This document shows positions 56,338-64,000 of a DNA stretch of 64,000 bases, one piece after another. Within the stretch, counting starts at the first letter, position 1; every line of letters starts with the position of its first letter. The DNA is taken from assembly GCA_964016885.1 (NCBI GenBank), contig OZ024741.1, positions 347,634,001 to 347,698,000 on the forward strand, read 5' to 3'. The translations under genes and the position numbers were made by a program. This stretch comes from Eledone cirrhosa (Eukaryota). The notes beneath the pieces are model-generated. The model searched no databases, was not told where the DNA came from, and saw nothing but the letters and a program-made list of their open reading frames with translations.

Positions 56338-56560
56338 AGTTTATGAAAAGGATATTGTCAGCAAAACTGTCAAATACCATGCTGAAATCAATGTATATGG
56401 CATCAGTGATTGAGCTCTCCCCAAAAGCTCTTGAAATATCAGCAATGTGAATCAGGAACTGCGTCAAGTAGTCTCTGCCAATACGGAAACCAGACTGAAA
56501 GTTTTTAAGGATGTATCCAACATCGAGGGAGTTCCTGTGACAAACATGCAGGACAATAGC
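56338..56560 (-). pseudogene. CR1/L2/Jockey-type RT fragment
   Basis: QSGFRIGRDYLTQFL...DAIYIDFSMVFDS. Confidence 0.65.
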
Positions 56561-56624
56561 AGGGTCTCTATGGGGGCGTACTGTTGAGTTTTATTAAATT
56601 TCGTTTATTACCGCTAAGCCATCA

Positions 56625-56678
<54 letters not shown>

Positions 56679-56846
56679 TATATTCTTACAGAAATGTATG
56701 CAAATATATACATATTTCTCTCTATATCTAGATTCATTGTATTGTTCGTTTGTTTTCTTGTTGCTGTCTACTTTTTGCATACATAAACACACGCATACGC
56801 ATGCACACACATAGACATCCACACATACAACTTCCCCATCCCACAA

Positions 56847-56920
<74 letters not shown>

Positions 56921-57309
56921 AAATCAATCCGAAACCCATCTTTGTCTACATTGATTTTCCCCAGAGGGAAGACATATCGTATATTTACATTTATTCAATA
57001 TTTCATTTTTTATGAATAAATATTGCTAAATCTGTCATAGAGGTTAATCCTCGAGAAACCAATTATATAAAATATATAAAATATATTTTTATCTAATTCC
57101 GAATTTAATTCAAACTGTTATAAGTCTAGGTAATTGTATAAAACCTGTGCATACTGATTTATTTTCAATTTCTATTATTCGGTTTGATATCATCAATCTG
57201 TGTAAATTCATGTTAGTATTCAGTAAAATATCACTTTATATTTTTGTATTAACCTGATGATATTCAAACTGTTAAATCAATTTATATTTTGACATTCAGT
57301 TTGGACATC

Positions 57310-57975
57310 TCATTCTTCTTCTTCATCATCATCACCATCATAACCTTCTTCTTCTTCTTCTTCTTCTTCTTCTTCTTCTTCTTCTTCTTTTTCTTCTTCT
57401 TCTTCTTTGCCATACTATTGCTGGGAGCGTTGTGTGTCAAGCGTCATGAAGCATGCCCTCCCGGTTATCGTAGCAGAAACAACCATCTGAAATGGATCTG
57501 GCTGCATCTCCGAGCAAATCTACGGAGTCCATAGAGGCTATCCAGCCATATTGCTTTGGGTGTGTCATTGGGTCCCCTGCCTCTTTGTTTCACCTGTAAA
57601 ATTTCTCTAGCCTGTCTTTCCTGGGACATTCTAAACAGTTGTCCGTAATATCGGATGGGCTTTATCTTTATTCTGAGAAGAAGCAGCTCTACCGGGAACG
57701 ACGGCTCTCTGATCTCCAGCCTACTTACTTTATTAAGAAAGGTTGCTTTATAGACCATTTAGAAGAACAGAATTCTGGTAGCTTGTATTCGCTATCGTGC
57801 ACATCGAGTCATTATAAAAGATTCACGAATACCGAATTGAAGATAGCGACTTTGGCTTTTACATTTATATCCCTTGATCTGATGATCGAAAGCTAAAGCT
57901 GGTGCATTACTGCACCACTGCATCCAATTCTTGCACTTAATTCAACACCCTGCCTTCCATCACACTATGAGATAC
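57310..57975 (-). mobile_element. RTE-clade LINE 3' fragment with a (GAA)n tail
   Basis: ELSARIG, KVAIFNSVF and IRYYGQLFRM..R...RGRGP..P...WLD motifs; (TTC)n at 57313-57407. Confidence 0.75.
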
Positions 57976-58379
57976 ATATAAGTCCCCACTTGATTCAGTG
58001 TAAACCGACACCCATTTATTATTTATTGAATTAGCACATTGTCAAAATAAAACATACTGCCTATCAGCTTCTTGAGATATGCTGCATGTACGAATGTCTA
58101 CACCTAATGAGGTAAGACGTTTGCCGTTTGTTTCTCTGCGTTTACGCATATTTAATATAATCGTTTTTTCTGTCTTATGAAAGTTACAAAGATAATACTG
58201 TATGTGCTATCCACGAAAATGCATATATATGTCGGTGTATTTGGGTTTCAAATGTTATATCTTCATCCATCTTCCAATTATCTTTTCCATGGGTAAAATA
58301 TGTGATATAAATTCGGTGGTATATATATATATATATCTTTCGAAGTTTTCTTTTGGATTTCTTTCAACTTTATTTTAAA

Positions 58380-58428
58380 CGAGATGTCAAAGCCACAATT
58401 TTGCTGTGATTGTGGCTTTGACATCTCG
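58380..58428. repeat. Perfect 20-bp inverted repeat with a 9-nt spacer
   Basis: CGAGATGTCAAAGCCACAAT-tttgctgtg-ATTGTGGCTTTGACATCTCG. Confidence 0.9.
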
Positions 58429-59479
58429 CTTTTTTCTTGGCTTCAATCCACTGTACTTATTTTGCCAAATTTTTCAGCGATTTTTTTCATTTGACTTCTA
58501 TAACTGAAATGTCTAACTTAATTTCCTTATTTATATTTCTTTTGTAATGCTTCTTTAATCTCTTTTTATTTACACAATTATTTAAATTCCATGTAAGTTA
58601 TTCCGAATTTTTTTTGTGTCGTTAAATTATATTTCGATTTTTCTATTCCAGCACGTAGGTTTCCTTATCAATGTTATTTTATTTCCAATAGCTCTTAGAA
58701 ATGCAGCTAGCTGTCAAATATAAAAGATCTTTCTTCTTAATGACATTGGATTTATATATGTTATCACTACATAATTAAATTCTTATACTTACACAACTAG
58801 TTTGTCCATTTAACAACATCTAAATGACTTTATCCTATAACTTATTATCTTAAAGTTTACTCAACTATTTACAGTTTATGAGGTTTCTTAATCTTTACGA
58901 GGCTGTGAATTTTATTATGTCGAAACCTTCGACGGCATTTGAAATTTTACATATATTAATATAATTATATCTTAGTAGGCATATATATTAATGTGCACAA
59001 CTATATTTGACGTTCATACCTGCGATATTCTTATTACGTTTTCTATTTTCTTTTGAATTCAGAGAACTTGTGCAAGAACGGGCGCACATAGTAGACGCTG
59101 GTGAATTTCTTCAATAATTTGATACATATTTGTGAGCATTCTTAAAAATATTTAATAGCAAACATAATAGGACGAGCAATATTTGAAGGATTTTCCTCCA
59201 CGAAACAACCGCGAAACGGGCCAAAACTCATATTCCACCTGCACAACAAAAACATGAATTTCATTAGAATTCCAATTTTCAAAATGGCTTCACTCACAGT
59301 AGATGATTGAGCAGCCAGGCTGATAGCTGACATATGTAGCAGTCAATATTATAACCACCATTAATAAGAGGAATCCGACGACAGCAACAATAGCAACGAA
59401 AATAATAAAAAGCAGCAACACAAACATTAATCCCCCCCCCACACACACACACACAAACATCACACACATATATATATAT

Positions 59480-59662
59480 AACGAAGGAAGTGTGGTAAGG
59501 AACCAGATGGACCATAACGCAGCAGAGTACTCAATACTTAGGGTATTAGAGTGGGTAATAGGAAAAATGTTAAACTTGTTCCTATTACACATTCTACTAC
59601 CCTAAGTATCGACTACTATGGTGCTTTATGGTCCATCTGGTTTCTTACCACTTCCTTCGTTA
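59480..59662. repeat. Family F1 terminal arm folded into an approximately 85-bp-arm palindrome
   Basis: AACGAAGGAAGTGTGGTAAG ... CTTACCACTTCCTTCGTT. Confidence 0.88.
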
Positions 59663-59765
59663 TCTAGTTCCTACCCCCGTAGTAGAGCCCTTTCGGACCC
59701 TACCACGCCGTATCCCGACTTTTCTACTTGTTTCATTAAACCCACCATACAGGGGTTACACTTTT

Positions 59766-60312
<547 letters not shown>

Positions 60313-60329
60313 CCGTATATATATATATA

Positions 60330-61549
60330 CATGTAATTTTAGTCATTATTTTATTTTACTAATTATTATTGAATTTCCATTTCAGAAAATAACAATGAAA
60401 ATAACTATGCTTACTAATGAAAAGAAAAGTCATGTTGCGATTGTGGCTTTGACGGCTAAGCATTGTGATTTAGAAATTTCTCGTTTTCTGAAAGTTGCAA
60501 GACCTTTTGTCCACAAGATTCGGTGTGAGTTAGAGAACGATGGAAGCGTATTACCAGTATTAAAACGTAAAAAATATTCCAAACACACTGATTCTATCAG
60601 GACACCTTAATTTATTCAGTAGGTTAAGCAAAACATTGATGACAATTCAGGAAAATCAATGAGGTCGATTGTAAAATATTTTGGTGTGTCAGAAAAAAAC
60701 AATCTGAAATGTTGTGTATGAAGAGATCAGATACAAATCTTACGTGATGAGTAGAGGTCAATTCATGTCAGAAAACAACAAAAGAAAAGCGTTTAATCAC
60801 ATCCCAAAGACTTTTAAATAAACTTAAACATCCATCAGAAGATGGTGTGATTTGGTTTTTCTCAAATGTGAAAAACTTTGACCAGGGCCAGAAAACAAAC
60901 AAAGAAATGACAGGTGGCTATGTGCAGACCCTTCTGAGGTTCCAAAACCTCTTGCAAGTGTCATGGTTTTGTGTGTTGTTAGCAATGAAGGGCATGTGAT
61001 GCCTCCTCACATTTTTCCACAAGGCCTTAGGGTGAATACTTTTGCATATATTGTGGTTCTGGATAAAGTTGTTAAGCCTTGAATCAACAGTGTATGCAAT
61101 GGAAGGCCTTATGTCTTTCAACAAGATTCTGCCCCATCACACAAGGCTCAAATGAAACCAGAATGGATGGCTGACAATTTGCATGATCACATCACCCCCA
61201 ACATTTGGCCTCCTAATTCTCCAGATCTCAATCCACTGGACTACTATGTATGGAGCACTGTTGAGAAAAATGTCAATGAACACCCCCATAGCACCAAAGA
61301 TTCTTTGAAAGCCACCATAATTCGAGTGATGTCCGATATGAACAAGGACTACTTAATCCGAGCTTATAAACGATTTCGAGCCGTGTAGAAGCAGTTATTG
61401 ATGCTTATAGTGGTTTTATTGAATGGAATTTTTAAGTTGATAATTTAGTATTATGTTTATGTTTTTTTTATAAGAATACATTTTTTTTCTGTTATTATAG
61501 AAGCGTTTTTTTAAACATAAATCTGTACTCATGTACCGTCCGCACCCTG
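60330..61549 (+). mobile_element. Tc1/mariner maT (DD37D) DNA transposon with a pseudogenised transposase
   Basis: FQQD followed by 37 aa to the D of WPPNSPDLNPLDY; right end ...CCGTCCGCACCCTG; left TIR not found. Confidence 0.85.
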
Positions 61550-62379
61550 TGTATTACAAAAAGAAGTTATACAATAATTGAAATATGAAAGAAAAAGATA
61601 AAGACATATAATTTAGTAATGACTAGTGTGGGACCGAATTGAAACCCGCACCACTGTTTGACTTGGAAGCAGATCGAAGACGTTACAGTGTTTGTGAATA
61701 TGGTACAAGGAAACCCGTAGGAAAAAAACTAGGCAGGTAAAGTTGGACAGAGCAAGAATGTATTATGTAATCTATATTTATCACATGGCTCTGCACAATT
61801 ATGTAACAGTCTATGTGTCTGTAATTTCACTTCATCAGAAAGAGAATTACCCGGGAAAAAGTTAGTTATATTTTTAGTGAGTTCCGCTCTTTTGCAATAA
61901 GCATTGCTTACTGCTCACAAAGCTAATAAATAAATTTCATTTTCATATAAAGAGAAAATCAAAATCAAAATATAATATATAAACAAAAAAAAAATAGCGG
62001 AAAAAAGTACCTGATTAATAATAATCATACCGATTAGAGATAATAGATTTATATGCGTGGAAAGAGATTACAGTCTAAATGAACAATGAGAATATTAGTA
62101 GAGATGTAAGTGGAGAATGTTTCAAAATGAGGGATAAGACTGGTCAGGGAAGCTAGTTCAGCCATTTAGTGACATCTGTAGCGTATGAGGATAAGAAAAC
62201 GCTGGGAAGGTGAGAGAAAAAATGAAGATCAAAAGAGAAAAAGAGATAGGAAAGAAATACGAAACGACCAGAGATAATAACATTTCTTTAAAAGGCTATA
62301 AATTAAATTGAGAGTTGAAGCTTTAGATGTATCTCTACGGAAACAAACAACTCCTGAGACAAGCAGGCTCCTAGACGAA

Positions 62380-63300
62380 CTAAGGCAGAAAAAGAATGTA
62401 GTGGATGGGGTGAGTTAATTCTTGTAGAATGGAGAGAGAGACACCATATACAATCGTATGCTTGTCTGGTTGATAATTAGCGAAATGTTTGAATGCCTTA
62501 TGTTCGCAGTTGAAGATTCTATCATGTCGAGATTTCAATAGAAACGATCCAGTCATAATCTCCAAAACCTCCATCTCAGAAAGATTGCAGGAGTGTATTT
62601 CGTTTATGTATGGGCGTGTGAATCATAACACTGACTGAAAAAGTGTTTATTCGATATTATACTATTTTAAATAACAGATTTTTTTGGCTGGAGCAGGAGA
62701 TTTAGGTATCTTGGGTTCCTTGACTGAATAAGCTTTCACATACTATCTTTTGTTTTTAATGTTGAATGTGGCGCCCAAATATTTATATATCCTTAGTTTT
62801 GCTTTGGCTACATATTGATAAACGTTGTTTTTATACATATATTATCCCTTTAAAGGACATTTGTTAGGTTATCTGCAATTGCAAAATGTATGCGGCCATT
62901 CCGTTGGCATGGGTTTCAAGATATGAGAATGATGGGATGGATGCAAACGTATATTTTTGGATCCATCAGTATGGTTCGGTTCAGCATTATCCAGTATGGA
63001 AGGCTGTGAAAAATGATCAGTTATTAGTCTTAATAATAGCGTTCGATACATGACCGTGTTCATATTGGTAATTTCTATTTTCCCCACGGAGGCGTTTATT
63101 ATTTTATCTCATAATGAAGCTACTAAGGTTCACCAGCGTAGAGTAGGACAACTGGACTCTTTTTCTATCTAAGATTCTATGATGCCTGTGGGAGGGAGGA
63201 CATTTTCATCTGTTAGTCTAAGGAAAAGAGAAGATATTTTGGTAATGTCTAAACCATTATGTGGAGGATTAAACCATGGGTAGGACTTGGTGCAAAGAAA
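62380..63300 (-). pseudogene. Highly decayed LINE remnant with RNase H-like motifs (I-group?)
   Basis: HTDGSK, IFNCE.KA and IVYGVSLSIL loosely match the TDGS / IF.AE..AI / I.SDSLS motifs. Confidence 0.4.
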
Positions 63301-63431
63301 TATAGTGGTTACTTAACTAAAGATCTCGTTTCGATTTATTAGCGGTCTCGCTAGTGCAGGTTTTGTAACGCTTATTCAATTGGGTCTCGTGTCTCTATCC
63401 TTTCTACATTGATATATGCGTACACACTGAA

Positions 63432-63513
63432 TCCCGGAAATTCGAGGTTAACTTTGCCTTTCATTACCCCACTGGGGTAATTGCTGGCTTTGTGCAAAAC
63501 AGAAACAATTATT
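63432..63513 (+). mobile_element. Partial SINE
   Basis: CGAGGTTAACTTTGCCTTTCAT ... GCTGGCTTTGTGCAAAACAGAAACAATTATT. Confidence 0.7.
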
Positions 63514-64000
63514 ATATGACTAGTACTTTGTTTGACTTCAGCGAAACCTGAATATATATGTAGTAAATTGGCGAAACAAATATCAGGATCGCATTTATCT
63601 GAAGCTTTATCATTTCTACCAAATATAATTCCAGCAACATTTAGAGTAAACAGATGAATAACTGCATCTAATTTGATGATGATTGTTGTTATTGACAGTG
63701 TTGCTTATCACAATGCCATTTGTGATCAAATGAATTTAGGATCGAGTGAATGTACGATCAAAGAGATTCAAGCCGTGAAAATTAGGTATTTTACTTGTGA
63801 AAAACATTCAGTTTAATCACCGTTTCGCTGTATTATGTATTCTGTCCCAGAGTAATTCTCCAAATATATAACAGCATATCAGCGTCTGTTGTCATATATA
63901 TGACTAATCAGTTCCCAGTTACTTAAGGTGAACTCTGTTGTGATGTTATAAAGAATTGTAAAATCAATCAAACAATACATTAACGAATCAGCTGTCATGT

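Noticed and set aside
58300-59340. Possible decayed hAT transposase on the minus strand (also SAAER at about 55525 on +)
   Set aside because: Only a faint resemblance to hAT motifs; cannot be supported without an HMM search.

Overview
Repeat-saturated eukaryotic intergenic or intronic DNA with no host exon that I can support. The microsatellite load and SINE type suggest an octopus-like cephalopod; this is an inference. The window has two zones. (1) 1-25.7 kb is a nest of non-LTR retroelements in (AAT/TTA)n microsatellites: five decayed Tx1/L1-type LINE copies with four distinct ORF1 variants, an R4/Dong-type RLE LINE, and tRNA-derived SINEs. (2) About 12 kb and 26-60 kb hold (TA)n/(CA)n tracts filled with Penelope-like elements (PLEs; Neptune- and Naiad-like) and short non-coding derivatives. 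Most of these carry a minimal type I hammerhead ribozyme (HHR) motif near their 3' end, including non-canonical cores. Many are folded back into inverted repeats or long palindromes. The last 8 kb hold RTE, CR1-like and RNase H LINE remnants and a DD37D (maT) transposon. All coding remnants are pseudogenised. Coordinates were read by eye and boundaries are approximate.
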